DNA of 64,000 nt from Azoarcus sp. (GTDB taxonomy: Bacteria; Pseudomonadota; Gammaproteobacteria; Burkholderiales; Rhodocyclaceae). Location: positions 86 to 64,085 of the forward strand of contig JAISPJ010000013.1 of assembly GCA_031274995.1 (NCBI GenBank), in the 5' to 3' direction. The position numbers were made by a program, and so were the translations under genes. Positions 49,311 through 60,186 of this stretch are shown here, one piece after another (within the stretch, counting starts at the first letter, position 1; each line of letters starts with the position of its first letter). The notes under the pieces are model-generated. The model was not told the origin of the DNA and ran no database searches. It saw only the letters and a program-made list of their open reading frames with translations.

Positions 49311-52300
49311 ATGAAACAGATTATTAGGGCGTCCCTGATCGCAGCAGCGGTCTCTTTTTTACCGTTTGGCACGCAGGCCGCCGGGCTGGGCCAGCTTACC
49401 GTCCAAAGCAAGCTGGGTGAGCCGCTGAGTGCCGAAATCCAGATCAATGCGACCCAGCAGGAGCTACAGTCATTGTCGGCCCGCATTGCGCCATCCGATG
49501 TGTTCCTGCAGGCGAATATCCCTTACGCCAGTTTCGTGCCCAACGTTAGGGTCGCGGTTGAAAACAGGGGCGACCGTTCCGTGCTGAAACTCAGCAGCAA
49601 CGTCCCGGTCAACGAAGCTGTTGCCAGTCTGGTCGTCCAATTGAACTGGGACGATGGTCGCGTGTCCCGAACCTATAACATCTTGCTCGATCCGGCCGAT
49701 CTGGTCATTCGTCCGCCTGCTCCTGTCGAGCCGACGGTAGTTGTCCAGCCCGCGCCGCCCCCGCCTGTGGTCGAGAGTCAGCCGTCTCCTCAGCCGCCTC
49801 CGCCTCCGGCTGAGATTTCACCCTCCCTGGCACAGGATTCGACATCGGCTCCGGCATTGGACCAAGGGGATGAACCGGTACTTTTATCCCCCCAGGATCG
49901 TTCTGAACGGGAACCCGCTGTCGTGGAAGACGTGGTTGCCACGCCGCCCGAAAGCGAAAGGCCGTCTGTCGCGCCTGAAAGGGTCACGCCAATACCGGCG
50001 CCGGTGCCGGTTCCCGCGCCAACTTATTCGGCAACACCGAGAGACGATTACGCCGTCAAGAAAGACGATTACGCCGTCAAGTACGGTGATACCCTGGGAG
50101 CCATTGCCAGCCGCCACATGCCTGTGGATGCGACGCTCGACCAGATGATGATGGCCTTGTACCGCGCCAATCCGGCGGCATTTATCAACAACAACATCAA
50201 CCGGCTCAGATCCGGGGTCATTCTCAAGATACCGTCTGCAGATGAGGTACAGAGTAGTGGCCATGCCGAGGCGCGCAGGGAAGTGCGTGTCCACGCGCGC
50301 GAATTCAACGCCTGGCGCGAACAACTGGCTCAAGATGTTGTTGCCCGTCCCGCAAGGCCGGTGGAAGAAAGCACTGGAAGCACACGCACCATCGATACAG
50401 TTCCGCCGCCTGCCGAACAGGATCGTGACAAGGTGGTGATTGGTTCGCGTGCCTCCGGTCAGGCGGGCGACGCCACCCGTATGCGGGAACTGCAAGAAAA
50501 TCTTGCTGCGACACAGAGTTCGCTGAAAGAGAGCGAAGAAAAAGTCCGGGAGCTCATGGAAATCACCAAGAGCCAGGAAAAACTTCTCGACGCGAGAAGT
50601 CAGCAAATTGCCGGGTTGCAGCAAAAACCGCAGCAAACATCTGTTCCCGCGCCATCCGAGCAGCCTCCTGCGGTGCCTGTTGTGGCCGAAGCTCCTGAGC
50701 AGTCCCCCGCTCCTCCTCCTGTAGCCGAAGAAGAGCCAGTAGCTCCCGAACAAGTCGCGCCGGATACTGCTGTGGCAGGGGCCGAGAGCGCACAGGGGGC
50801 CGCATCCCAGGAGTCGTCCACCGGAATACCGGTGGATTACGATCTTCAGGATGATAAAGATCCGCTGATAGAGTTGGTGACCAATTTGCGGTTTTTGGGA
50901 GCCATCGCGCTGGTCATCGCGGCTCTGGCCATTTTCTTCGGCATCCGTTCCTGGCGGAACAGGCGTTCCGATATCGGGTTGGACACCCTCTCCCAGGATG
51001 CGACGAGCATGTTCCCGAATGAGGCCACTTCGATCTTTGGAGACAATGGTGGCCAAAGTGTGGATACTTCCGCCAGTAGCGTCATCCATACCGATTTCAG
51101 CCAGACCGGCTTGTCGATCGATACAAACGAAGGGGTCGATCCGGTGGCCGAGGCCGACGTTTACATGGCGTATGGTCGTGACAGCCAGGCCGAAGAAATC
51201 CTTAACGACGCGCTCAAGGCTGATCCGAAGCGTGGGGCGATCTACGTCAAGCTGCTCGAAATCTATGCCCAAAGACAGGATCTGATGCAGTTTGAAGCCA
51301 CGGCTTCCGAGTTGTTTTCCCGCACGCAGGGGCAAGGCAGAGATTGGGAAAAGGCGGCACAGATGGGCCGTCGGCTCGATCCCTCCAATCCGCTCTACTC
51401 CGGCGGTTCGTCCGGGCAAGAAAGCAGCAGGGCCTCGATATTGCCGGAGTTGGAGCAACCCTCCATGCCGATGATGGATACGCACTCAGGTCCGGCCTCT
51501 GTCGGTTCCGTCCCGTCTCTGTCCAGTCTGGATTTTGGAACTTCGACGCCAACGAACGGACTTGCAGCGAAGGCCGGACAACTGAAAGATACCGTGGCAA
51601 CGCAGGGTCGGATGGACGATATGCTGTCGTCGCGGATAGTTGCCGACGCGACTCCGGGCGTGCAGCCTCAACCTCCTGCCCAGTCTGGAAAACGTCCCGG
51701 ATCCATAGCAGTTGACACCACGAAGGTCGATTTCCAGTTTGAGCCGCCTGAAACCACGCCGAAGGCTGCGGGCAGCGTCGATTTCGATCTTGGCAAATCC
51801 CGGTCGGCTTCCGAGACGGGTAAGCAGCCCATTTCCGTTACCGTGTCCAGGAAATCGTCTCCCGCTCAGGGTACTACTTCCAGGAAAGCCGGTAGCAGTA
51901 CGGCTTTGCCCAGGGCCGCAAGCGAGCTGGCCGAACCATTGAATTTCGATTTGCCCGCGCAAGGGCAGAAAGCTTCTGGCGATATGACCAAGACCGTTGT
52001 GTTGCCATCCGTGCAGGGTGGCAATGCGCATGACGATGGTGTAACACTGGATCTCGAAAAAACCGGTTTTGATCCGGGTGCGCTCGATTTCGATCTCGAT
52101 CTCGATCTCGATCTCAAGCCGGACGCTGCTGACGGCACGGTTTCCAAATCTCCCAAGGCCAAAGGCAGGCAGTCGTCCGTGCCTGCCGACAATCAAATCG
52201 ATGTGGTTGACGAAGGAGAAATCGATACCAGGCTTGAATTGGCGATGGCCTACAGGGATATGGGCGATAACGAAGGGGCACTGGAACTGCTTCGCCAGGT

Positions 52301-52364
52301 CGTCGCTGAAGGCAATGCCGCACAAAGGGCAGAGGCCAAGGCTTTGATCGCCAATCTGAGTTGA
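49311..52364 (+). CDS. fimV: FimV/HubP polar landmark protein (LysM, TM, TPR)
   Basis: AAGLGQLTVQSKLGEPL, LysM YAVKYGDTLGAIA...ANPAAFINNNINRL, DPVAEADVYMAYGR, TRLELAMAYRDMGD. Confidence 0.93.
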   Translation: MKQIIRASLIAAAVSFLPFGTQAAGLGQLTVQSKLGEPLSAEIQINATQQELQSLSARIAPSDVFLQANIPYASFVPNVRVAVENRGDRSVLKLSSNVPVNEAVASLVVQLNWDDGRVSRTYNILLDPADLVIRPPAPVEPTVVVQPAPPPPVVESQPSPQPPPPPAEISPSLAQDSTSAPALDQGDEPVLLSPQDRSEREPAVVEDVVATPPESERPSVAPERVTPIPAPVPVPAPTYSATPRDDYAVKKDDYAVKYGDTLGAIASRHMPVDATLDQMMMALYRANPAAFINNNINRLRSGVILKIPSADEVQSSGHAEARREVRVHAREFNAWREQLAQDVVARPARPVEESTGSTRTIDTVPPPAEQDRDKVVIGSRASGQAGDATRMRELQENLAATQSSLKESEEKVRELMEITKSQEKLLDARSQQIAGLQQKPQQTSVPAPSEQPPAVPVVAEAPEQSPAPPPVAEEEPVAPEQVAPDTAVAGAESAQGAASQESSTGIPVDYDLQDDKDPLIELVTNLRFLGAIALVIAALAIFFGIRSWRNRRSDIGLDTLSQDATSMFPNEATSIFGDNGGQSVDTSASSVIHTDFSQTGLSIDTNEGVDPVAEADVYMAYGRDSQAEEILNDALKADPKRGAIYVKLLEIYAQRQDLMQFEATASELFSRTQGQGRDWEKAAQMGRRLDPSNPLYSGGSSGQESSRASILPELEQPSMPMMDTHSGPASVGSVPSLSSLDFGTSTPTNGLAAKAGQLKDTVATQGRMDDMLSSRIVADATPGVQPQPPAQSGKRPGSIAVDTTKVDFQFEPPETTPKAAGSVDFDLGKSRSASETGKQPISVTVSRKSSPAQGTTSRKAGSSTALPRAASELAEPLNFDLPAQGQKASGDMTKTVVLPSVQGGNAHDDGVTLDLEKTGFDPGALDFDLDLDLDLKPDAADGTVSKSPKAKGRQSSVPADNQIDVVDEGEIDTRLELAMAYRDMGDNEGALELLRQVVAEGNAAQRAEAKALIANLS

Positions 52365-52417
52365 ACCGGCTTTTCTTGCCTGCCGCCGCCGGACTTGTCC
52401 TGCGGTGGCATTTCTTT

Positions 52418-53026
52418 ATGCATGCAGGATCGATTCTTTTCCTGTGGGTGGCTGCGGTTCTCCTCGTGCAGCAGGCTGAAAGCTGGAGCCTTGCCGTGTT
52501 ATCCGCCGCGAGCCTGACCGTGGCGCTTGGTTGCGCGCGCATTCAGTGTATGCGGCTGCTTGCCAGGATTCGCGTTCTCCTGCTGGCAATCTTGGTATTG
52601 TTCGCTTGGTTTACGCCGGGAGAGGCGGTTCTTGTGGATTGGCCGCGTGCGGGTCCCAGCCGTGAAGGCTTGTTTCTTGCGCTCACGCATGGCGGACGTC
52701 TGGTGGCGCTGGTGTGCTGGGTGGCGATCCTGCTCGGGCGCATGTCGGCGGATCGTCTCGTGAGCGGCCTTTATGCGCTGGTTCGCCCGTGCAGGGTATT
52801 CGGGCTGCCAACGGAGCGTATCGCCTTGCGCCTGCTTCTCGTACTGCGCCACGCCAGCGCTGCGTGTCATGGCGAACAGCCCCGGCGGGATTGGAAAACG
52901 TGGCTAAATCTGCCTGCCGCTACCGCCCTTGATGCCGTGCAATTGAAACGTGAGCGCCTGGGCGTCAGGGACATTGTCCTGCCGCTCGGGGTATACCTCC
53001 TCATGGTATTTTGGTGGTTGCGGTGA
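52418..53026 (+). CDS. CbiQ/ECF transporter T-component-like membrane protein
   Basis: Hydrophobic; RIRVLLLAILVLFAWFTPGE, ERIALRLLLVLRH; fimV-truA position typical of Rhodocyclales. Confidence 0.7.
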   Translation: MHAGSILFLWVAAVLLVQQAESWSLAVLSAASLTVALGCARIQCMRLLARIRVLLLAILVLFAWFTPGEAVLVDWPRAGPSREGLFLALTHGGRLVALVCWVAILLGRMSADRLVSGLYALVRPCRVFGLPTERIALRLLLVLRHASAACHGEQPRRDWKTWLNLPAATALDAVQLKRERLGVRDIVLPLGVYLLMVFWWLR

Positions 53027-53817
53027 GAATTGCGCTTGGCATCGAATACGCAGGCAACGCCTTCGAGGGTTGGCAGAGCCAGCCTCATGGCCGCACGGTA
53101 CAGGATGCCGTTGAGCGTGCGCTCGGAATCATCGCCGGTGAATCCGTCAGGCTGCACGCCGCCGGGCGTACCGATACCGGTGTGCATGCCACAGCCCAGG
53201 TCGCGCATTTCGATACCGGCGCGCGTCGCCCCGCGACAGCCTGGGTTCGGGGAACCAATAACGGGTTGCCAGCAGGCGTGGCGGTACGCTGGGCAGTGGA
53301 AGTCGACGAGGGTTTTCACGCGCGCTATCTTGCCTGTGAGCGTAGTTACCGCTACCTGCTCCATGACGCGCCGGTGAGGCCGGCAGTATTGGCCGGGCGG
53401 GTGGGTTGGTTTCATCTGCCGCTCGACGTGGAAAGAATGGCTATTGCTGCCGCGCAACTGGTTGGCGAGCATGATTTTTCCTCCTTCCGTGCTGCGCCCT
53501 GTCAGGCCAAAACACCTGTGCGGATCATGCACGAGGCACGAGTGGCGCGCGAAGGCGGCATTGTCGCGTTCGACTTCAGGGCCAATGGCTTTTTGCATCA
53601 CATGGTGCGTAATCTCGTCGGTGCGCTGGTGAGCGTCGGCAAAGGCGAACGGTTGCCGCAATGGATCGGTGAACTGCTGGTGTGCCGCGAGCGGGCGCGG
53701 GGCGCACCGACTTTCGCACCGGACGGGCTTTACTTTTGCGGGGTGTCATACCCTCCGCGCTGGTCGTTGCCGGAAGGTGGGCGTATCATGACAAGACCTT
53801 ATTTTGTCATGGCTTGA
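53023..53817 (+). CDS. truA: tRNA pseudouridine(38-40) synthase
   Basis: IEYAGNAFEGWQSQ, AGRTDTGVHA, FHARY, FLHHMVRNLVG. Confidence 0.97.
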   Translation: MRIALGIEYAGNAFEGWQSQPHGRTVQDAVERALGIIAGESVRLHAAGRTDTGVHATAQVAHFDTGARRPATAWVRGTNNGLPAGVAVRWAVEVDEGFHARYLACERSYRYLLHDAPVRPAVLAGRVGWFHLPLDVERMAIAAAQLVGEHDFSSFRAAPCQAKTPVRIMHEARVAREGGIVAFDFRANGFLHHMVRNLVGALVSVGKGERLPQWIGELLVCRERARGAPTFAPDGLYFCGVSYPPRWSLPEGGRIMTRPYFVMA

Positions 53818-53820
53818 ACG

Positions 53821-54465
53821 TTGCGTACCCGGATCAAAATTTGTGGTCTTACCCGGCCACAGGATGTCATCGCGGCAGCCGAGGCCGGGGCCGACGCGGT
53901 TGGCTTCGTGTTTTATCCGGCCAGCCCGCGCAATGTCACGTTCGGCCTGGCTGCTGAATTGGCGGCGCTGCTACCGCCTTTTGTTACGGCAGTGGGGCTG
54001 TTCGTCAATCCGCAGGCTGAATTTGTGGCCGAGGCGTTGCGCAGCGTCTCCCTGCAATGGCTTCAGTTCCACGGCGACGAGAGCGATGCCCAATGCGCGG
54101 CTTTATCCGTCATCCCCGGCACGGGTAAAAGTTTGCCCTGGATCAAAGCGGTTCGGATGCGTCCTGGAGTTGATCTGTTAGAATCCTCCGCCTCTCATCC
54201 CGGCGCACGCGGTTTGCTGCTTGATGCCTTCGCCGAGGGGTATGGAGGCAGCGGCAGGATGTTCGACTGGTCATTGATCCCCCCGGGGGCAGGGCGTCTG
54301 CTGGTACTTTCGGGAGGACTCGACCCTGGTAACGTGGGCGAAGCCATCCGAAGGCTGCGTCCTTGGGCGGTTGATGTGTCGAGTGGGGTGGAAGTGGCAA
54401 AGGGAATCAAGGACGCGGCGAAAATCGCCGCGTTCGTCGCAGGAGTTCGCAACGCCGATGGCTAA
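53821..54465 (+). CDS. trpF: Phosphoribosylanthranilate isomerase
   Basis: [43 protein letters not shown]. Confidence 0.97.
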   Translation: MRTRIKICGLTRPQDVIAAAEAGADAVGFVFYPASPRNVTFGLAAELAALLPPFVTAVGLFVNPQAEFVAEALRSVSLQWLQFHGDESDAQCAALSVIPGTGKSLPWIKAVRMRPGVDLLESSASHPGARGLLLDAFAEGYGGSGRMFDWSLIPPGAGRLLVLSGGLDPGNVGEAIRRLRPWAVDVSSGVEVAKGIKDAAKIAAFVAGVRNADG

Positions 54466-55672
54466 TGTGCAGCAACAATATTCGTATCCTGACGCGCGGG
54501 GGTATTTCGGCCCATATGGCGGCGTTTTTGTTGCCGAGACGCTGATTCCCGCGCTGGAAGAATTGCGCGGGGCCTTCGAGACATACCGCAATGATGCGGC
54601 CTTCCTGGCCGAGTTTGAAAATGAACTCAAGCATTATGCCGGGCGGCCAAGCCCGATCTGCCATGCCCGTCGGCTTTCCGAGAAACTGGGTGGGGCGCAG
54701 ATTCTCCTGAAGCGCGAAGACCTCAATCACACGGGTGCGCACAAGGTCAACAACTGTATCGGGCAGGCGCTCTTGGCCAGGCGCATGGGCAAGCCCCGAG
54801 TTATTGCCGAAACCGGCGCGGGGCAGCATGGCGTCGCGACGGCCACCGTGGCGGCCCGCCACGGCTTCGAATGTGTTGTCTACATGGGCACCGAAGACAT
54901 GGCGCGGCAGGCTGCCAATGTCTATCGCATGAAACTCCTGGGGGCGACCGTGGTTCCGGTGGCATCCGGCTCCAGGACGCTCAAGGATGCGCTCAACGAA
55001 GCCATGCGTGATTGGGTGACGAACGTTTCCAATACTTTCTACATCCTCGGCACAGTGGCCGGACCGCATCCTTATCCGATGATGGTGCGCGATTTTCAGA
55101 CGGTGATCGGCAAGGAGTGCCTGACACAGATGCCGGAAGCCTTCGGGCGCCAGCCGGACATGGTCATTGCCTGCGTAGGGGGCGGTTCCAATGCGATAGG
55201 AATTTTTTATCCCTACATTCCCTGCGAGAACGTGCGTCTGGTCGGGGTCGAGGCAGCCGGTGAGGGGATCGGGACGGGACGTCACTCCGCGCCGCTCACG
55301 GCCAATGCGAAGGCCGGAGTTTTGCATGGCAACCGCACTTGTCTGATGCAGGACGAGAACGGGCAAGTCATCGAAACCCATTCTATTTCTGCCGGACTCG
55401 ATTATCCGGGCGTGGGGCCGGAGCATGCGTGGCTGAAGGATAGCGGCCGCGCCGAATACGTCGCCGTGACCGATACCGAAGCGCTCGATGCGTTCCACGC
55501 GCTTTGCCATTTCGAGGGGATCATTCCCGCACTGGAATCTTCGCACGCCTTGGCGCAGGCCATGAAGGTTGCGCCTACGTTGCCCCGTGACAGGCTCCTG
55601 CTGGTTTGCCTTTCCGGGCGCGGCGACAAAGACATGCATACTGTGGCCGAGCGTTCAGGCATCCAGTTTTGA
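54458..55672 (+). CDS. trpB: Tryptophan synthase beta chain
   Basis: [41 protein letters not shown]. Confidence 0.98.
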   Translation: MANVQQQYSYPDARGYFGPYGGVFVAETLIPALEELRGAFETYRNDAAFLAEFENELKHYAGRPSPICHARRLSEKLGGAQILLKREDLNHTGAHKVNNCIGQALLARRMGKPRVIAETGAGQHGVATATVAARHGFECVVYMGTEDMARQAANVYRMKLLGATVVPVASGSRTLKDALNEAMRDWVTNVSNTFYILGTVAGPHPYPMMVRDFQTVIGKECLTQMPEAFGRQPDMVIACVGGGSNAIGIFYPYIPCENVRLVGVEAAGEGIGTGRHSAPLTANAKAGVLHGNRTCLMQDENGQVIETHSISAGLDYPGVGPEHAWLKDSGRAEYVAVTDTEALDAFHALCHFEGIIPALESSHALAQAMKVAPTLPRDRLLLVCLSGRGDKDMHTVAERSGIQF

Positions 55673-55696
55673 ATTTCTCGCGCACATCAGGGTTTT

Positions 55697-56512
55697 ATGT
55701 CCAGGATACAAACCACTTTTCAGCGATTGCAGATTGAAGGCCGCAAGGCGCTGATTCCTTTTATTGTCGCGGGCGACCCCGACGGCGAGCTGACCGTGCC
55801 GTTGATGCGCTCGCTCGTCGCGGGCGGGGCCGACATCATCGAGCTGGGTGTACCGTTTTCCGACCCGATGGCCGATGGCCCGGTCATCCAGCGTGCCTCG
55901 GAACGGGCATTGACCAAGGGCATGAGCCTTGCCCGCGTGCTCGACATCGTCCGCGCTTTCCGCACGGAAGATGTGGTAACGCCGGTTGTGCTGATGGGGT
56001 ACGCCAATCCCGTCGAGGCGATGGGTGTTGCCATTTTTCCCGACGCAGCCAGGAAGGCGGGCGTCGATGGCGTGCTGGTGGTTGATTATCCTCCCGAGGA
56101 ATGCGTGGCGTTTACCGCGAGCATACGTGCCGCCGGGCTTGACCAGATTTTTCTGCTTGCGCCGAATTCTTCCGGGCAACGTTTCCATGATATTGCCCAG
56201 GCGAGCAGCGGCTTTCTCTATTACGTCTCTTTCAAGGGCGTGACCGGCGCCTCACATCTCGATTTCGACGAAATCGCCCGCCGCATTCCACTCATCCGCA
56301 CTGCGGCGGGGATGCCGGTGGGAGTTGGATTCGGTATCCGTGACGCTGAAATTGCGAAAAAAATTGGCGCGGTAGCCGATGCAGTGGTGATTGGCAGCCG
56401 CATCGTCGAAGAAATCGAAACAAGCCCGCGTGAACAGGCTTGTGCCAAGGTTGAAACATTCGTGCGCGAAATTCGCGTAAAGCTCGATGAACTCGCTGGA
56501 GCACGCTCATGA
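55697..56512 (+). CDS. trpA: Tryptophan synthase alpha chain
   Basis: [39 protein letters not shown]. Confidence 0.98.
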   Translation: MSRIQTTFQRLQIEGRKALIPFIVAGDPDGELTVPLMRSLVAGGADIIELGVPFSDPMADGPVIQRASERALTKGMSLARVLDIVRAFRTEDVVTPVVLMGYANPVEAMGVAIFPDAARKAGVDGVLVVDYPPEECVAFTASIRAAGLDQIFLLAPNSSGQRFHDIAQASSGFLYYVSFKGVTGASHLDFDEIARRIPLIRTAAGMPVGVGFGIRDAEIAKKIGAVADAVVIGSRIVEEIETSPREQACAKVETFVREIRVKLDELAGARS

Positions 56513-57381
56513 GCTGGCTACAAAAAATACTCCCTCCCCGGATCAAGCGCGACGAAAGCGCCGTGCGTAACAAGTCGATCCCGGAAGGGCTGTGGAACAA
56601 ATGCCCGGCCTGTGAGGCGGTGCTTTATTACTCCGACCTTGAAAGCAACCTGCACGTTTGCCCCAAATGCGGGTATCACCTGCGTATCGGTGCGCGCGCG
56701 TGGCTCGATTTGCTGCTTGACCCCGAAGAGCGCCTTGAAGTTGCCGGTGAAGTGGCTTCCGTCGATTCGCTCAAGTTCAAGGATTCTCGCAAATACACAG
56801 AACGCTTGTCGGCAGCCGCGAAAGAGACGAACGAAACTGACGCGCTGCTGGTTATGCAGGGTACGGTGCTCGGCGTGCCGTTGGTCGTGTCCTGTTTTGA
56901 GTTTAATTTCCTCGGGGGCTCGATGGGATCAGTGGTGGGCGAGCGTTTCGTGCGGGGTGTCCGTGTTGCGCTCGATCAATGCCTGCCTTTCATCTGCATC
57001 ACGGCTTCCGGTGGGGCGAGGATGCAGGAAGGTTTGTTCTCGCTGATGCAGATGGCCAAGACCACGGCGGCAATCACCCAACTCAGCCGACGCGGGCTGC
57101 CGTTCATCACCGTGCTCACGGATCCGACGATGGGTGGAGTGTCGGCGAGTTTTGCCTTCATGGGCGATGTGGTGATTGCCGAACCCGGTGCGCTGATCGG
57201 TTTCGCCGGCCCACGGGTGATCGAGCAGACCGTGCGCGAAAAGCTGCCGGAAGGTTTCCAGCGTTCTGAGTTTCTGCTTGAAAAAGGCGCAATCGACATG
57301 ATCGTCGACCGTCGGCAGTTGCGCGAATGCCTGGCTGAACTCCTTAATCTTCTCAACCGGCAACCCCCTGTTTATGCCTGA
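56509..57381 (+). CDS. accD: Acetyl-CoA carboxylase carboxyltransferase beta subunit
   Basis: Zn finger WNKCPAC...CPKC; [32 protein letters not shown]. Confidence 0.98.
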   Translation: MSWLQKILPPRIKRDESAVRNKSIPEGLWNKCPACEAVLYYSDLESNLHVCPKCGYHLRIGARAWLDLLLDPEERLEVAGEVASVDSLKFKDSRKYTERLSAAAKETNETDALLVMQGTVLGVPLVVSCFEFNFLGGSMGSVVGERFVRGVRVALDQCLPFICITASGGARMQEGLFSLMQMAKTTAAITQLSRRGLPFITVLTDPTMGGVSASFAFMGDVVIAEPGALIGFAGPRVIEQTVREKLPEGFQRSEFLLEKGAIDMIVDRRQLRECLAELLNLLNRQPPVYA

Positions 57382-58705
57382 TTCGTGTGGTCAGGGATTG
57401 CCGGTGACGCTGGCCGGTTGGCTCGAACTGCTCGAAGTGCGGCACGGCGCATCCATTTGCCTCGGTCTCGCACGAGTCTCAAAAGTGCGCGCCGCGCTTG
57501 TCTCCGATTCCAATGCGGTGGTCATTGCCGTAAGTGGCACAAACGGCAAAGGATCGACCTGCGCCATGCTCGAAGCCATCCTGCGTGCCGAAGGCTATCG
57601 CGTCGGTTGTTACACTTCGCCCCATCTGTTGCGCTACAACGAGCGTGTGCGTATCGACGGTGCCGAGGCCAGTGATGAGGTGCTGGCGGCTGCGTTTGCC
57701 GATGTTGAAGCAGTGCGCGGTGATGTGCCGCTGACTTATTTTGAGCATGGCACGCTGGCGGCCTGGAAGGTGTTCTGCGCGGCGCGGCTCGATACCATCA
57801 TCCTTGAAGTCGGACTGGGCGGACGGCTTGATGCGGTCAACGCCATCGACGCCGATTGCGCCATCGTCTCCGGGGTCGCGATGGATCACATGAATTTTCT
57901 CGGCAATACGCGCGAGGCCATCGGTTTCGAGAAAGCGGGCATTTTCCGCGCCGGATGCCCGGCGATCTGTGGTGACCGGGACCCACCGAAAAGCCTTGTC
58001 GAACACGCGCAGGCGATTGGCGCAGAACTTTGGGTTTCAGGGCGCGATTTTGGTTTTGACGCCAAACGTTGCCAATGGAGTTATTGGCGCAACGAAACGC
58101 CATCGTCCATGCGCCGTGGAAATGTCGTGACGAGGCGCAGCGGACTGGCTTATCCATCCTTGCGTGGCTCAGTCCAGCTTTTCAATGCGGCCTCGGTGAT
58201 AACTGCGCTTGATGTCTTGCAGGCACGCATCCCGGTATCCATGCTGGCGGTCCGGCAGGGTTTGATGCAGGTCGAACTGCCGGGACGCTTCCAGGTGTTG
58301 CCGGGGCGGCCACAGGTAGTGCTCGATGTGGCCCATAATCCACAAGCAGCGGACGTGTTGGCCGAAAATCTTGGTGCGCTCGGGTTTGTCCCCGAAACCT
58401 GGGCGGTATTCGGCATGCTTGCCGACAAGGACGTGGAAGGCGTGGTGGCGCGCATGAACACGCGCGTCGACCATTGGTTGCCCTGTACCTTGTCCGGTTT
58501 TAGGGGGCTCGATGTCGGGGCGCTGATCGAGCGCCTGTGTGCGGCAGGGGTGGAAAAGAGCAAAATCGCAGAAGGCTTTGCAACGCCTGCCGCCGCGTTT
58601 GCGCGAGCGCGGGAATGTGCGGCGGTCGATGATAGAATCGTAGTGTTTGGTTCTTTCCTGACTGTGACTGATGTATTGGCGGCAATTCAAGGCCACCGCC
58701 GCTGA
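57374..58705 (+). CDS. folC: Dihydrofolate/folylpolyglutamate synthase
   Basis: [38 protein letters not shown]. Confidence 0.97.
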   Translation: MPDSCGQGLPVTLAGWLELLEVRHGASICLGLARVSKVRAALVSDSNAVVIAVSGTNGKGSTCAMLEAILRAEGYRVGCYTSPHLLRYNERVRIDGAEASDEVLAAAFADVEAVRGDVPLTYFEHGTLAAWKVFCAARLDTIILEVGLGGRLDAVNAIDADCAIVSGVAMDHMNFLGNTREAIGFEKAGIFRAGCPAICGDRDPPKSLVEHAQAIGAELWVSGRDFGFDAKRCQWSYWRNETPSSMRRGNVVTRRSGLAYPSLRGSVQLFNAASVITALDVLQARIPVSMLAVRQGLMQVELPGRFQVLPGRPQVVLDVAHNPQAADVLAENLGALGFVPETWAVFGMLADKDVEGVVARMNTRVDHWLPCTLSGFRGLDVGALIERLCAAGVEKSKIAEGFATPAAAFARARECAAVDDRIVVFGSFLTVTDVLAAIQGHRR

Positions 58706-58733
58706 TGCGTGAGGCACTAATGGGGGTTTCAAT

Positions 58734-59489
58734 GTGAGCGATCCGATCGATTTCATGGTAAGCGATACTGAACTGGAAATAAAAAAACGAGCGCGCCGTC
58801 GTCTTGTGGGGGCGGCAGTTTTGGCTTTGTTGGCGGTGATCGTGTTGCCGCTGGCGTTGAGGGACCGGGATGAGCCGCGTGTCGTGTCCGATATGCATGT
58901 TTTCATTCCCGAACACGGTGACGGCGGATTCAAATCGCATCGGGCCATGCCCGAAGACGATCCCGAGTCCGCCAGTGTCGTCATTGAGCCGGATGCAGCT
59001 TCGGGCGTACCCGGATTTCCTGTTGATAACGCGCCTTCCTTTTTGTCGGAGCCATCTTCTTCTCCACAGCGCGCCTTGATGCCACCGGAACAACACGCGC
59101 CGAATCCGCCTGCTGCACGGTTGCCGGAAGAATCCCGGCAAAAGGACAGTCCGCCCCGCCCGGGCGCTTCCGAAAAACAGGAGGCCACACGGGCGTTAGC
59201 CTTGCTCAATGGCAAATCTCCTGTAAAAGAAGCGGATGAAGGCAAAAAAACGGGTAAAGAAGCAATCAAGACGCAAGACCGGGTCTTCATTCAGGTCGGG
59301 GCCTTTGGTAACGCAGACAGAGCTGCCAGGCAGGCAAAAGAACTGAACGATCAGGGCTTTGCCGCCTACGCTGAAAAAGCAGGCAGGGTGACACGGGTTC
59401 GCATCGGTCCGTTGTCCCGGAGCGAGGGTGAGCAGGTTATGGCCCGCCTGAAGGCTCAGAGCCATAAAGCGGTGCTATCGTCGCATTGA
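58734..59489 (+). CDS. dedD: SPOR-domain cell division protein (DedD-like)
   Basis: KKRARRRLVGA + TM; C-terminal SPOR FIQVGAFGN...RVRIGP; folC-dedD-cvpA-purF synteny. Confidence 0.88.
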   Translation: MSDPIDFMVSDTELEIKKRARRRLVGAAVLALLAVIVLPLALRDRDEPRVVSDMHVFIPEHGDGGFKSHRAMPEDDPESASVVIEPDAASGVPGFPVDNAPSFLSEPSSSPQRALMPPEQHAPNPPAARLPEESRQKDSPPRPGASEKQEATRALALLNGKSPVKEADEGKKTGKEAIKTQDRVFIQVGAFGNADRAARQAKELNDQGFAAYAEKAGRVTRVRIGPLSRSEGEQVMARLKAQSHKAVLSSH

Positions 59490-59528
59490 GTAGAGTGTGT
59501 TGATCGTTGAACACGTGTCGAACGCAAC

Positions 59529-59625
59529 CCTCGCCATTCATGGCGAGGTCAGGGGGGGGAACGTTTATGGAACCGAAGTCTCCCCCGGACCGTATCGGGG
59601 AATCCCCGGCCTTCAGGTCGGAGTG
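59529..59625. repeat. Compound palindromic element with two TTCA-loop hairpins (IS200/IS605-end-like)
   Basis: CCTCGCCA-TTCA-TGGCGAGG (59529-59548); G7...TCTCCCCC stem (59552-59586); CCGGCC-TTCA-GGTCGG within 59601-59625. Confidence 0.55.
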
Positions 59626-59639
59626 GCCCCATTCCAGCG

Positions 59640-60170
59640 ATGACAGTTTTTGACTACGTGTTTCTGTCCGTTCTTGCGTTGTCGGCCACGCTGGGATTGT
59701 GGCGTGGGCTGGTGAGCGAGATTCTGGGGCTGCTGGCCTGGGTGCTGGCTCTGGTTGTGGCTGGGCGCTACGTTGATGTTGCGGCGCTCCAGTTTGAAAA
59801 CATGTTTGGCGATTCGCGCCTGCGGGTGGTGGCAGCGTTCGCGTTGATTTTTTTTGCCGTATTGTTGTTGGCGTCGCTGGTAAAATTTTTGTTGCGAAAA
59901 TTGCTGCGCGCAGCGGGATTAGGCGCGATAGACAGGTTTTTCGGAGCCGTGTTCGGGGCCGTCCGCGGTTTTGTGATTGCTTTGGTCGTGGTCTGGATCG
60001 GTGGTCTGGTCGGCATGTCGCGCGAGTCGTGGTGGGAACAGGCGCTATTCGCGCCGCCGTTGGAAAATGTGGTTAATGTGGCCAAGTCGTGGTTGCCGGG
60101 CGTTGATTCGGTGATTGATAGTATTCATTTGAGTTACCCCGGCAGCAAAACCGGGGATTCCTCGATATAG
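59640..60170 (+). CDS. cvpA: CvpA family membrane protein
   Basis: MTVFDYVFL...GLWRGLVSE...[18 protein letters not shown]; upstream of purF. Confidence 0.95.
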   Translation: MTVFDYVFLSVLALSATLGLWRGLVSEILGLLAWVLALVVAGRYVDVAALQFENMFGDSRLRVVAAFALIFFAVLLLASLVKFLLRKLLRAAGLGAIDRFFGAVFGAVRGFVIALVVVWIGGLVGMSRESWWEQALFAPPLENVVNVAKSWLPGVDSVIDSIHLSYPGSKTGDSSI

Positions 60171-60186
60171 AACAAGGTGGTGTTGC

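Noticed and set aside
59490-59639. Known purine riboswitch (ZTP, PRPP, guanine) upstream of cvpA-purF
   Set aside because: No match by eye to their conserved cores; kept only as a palindromic element pending an Rfam scan.
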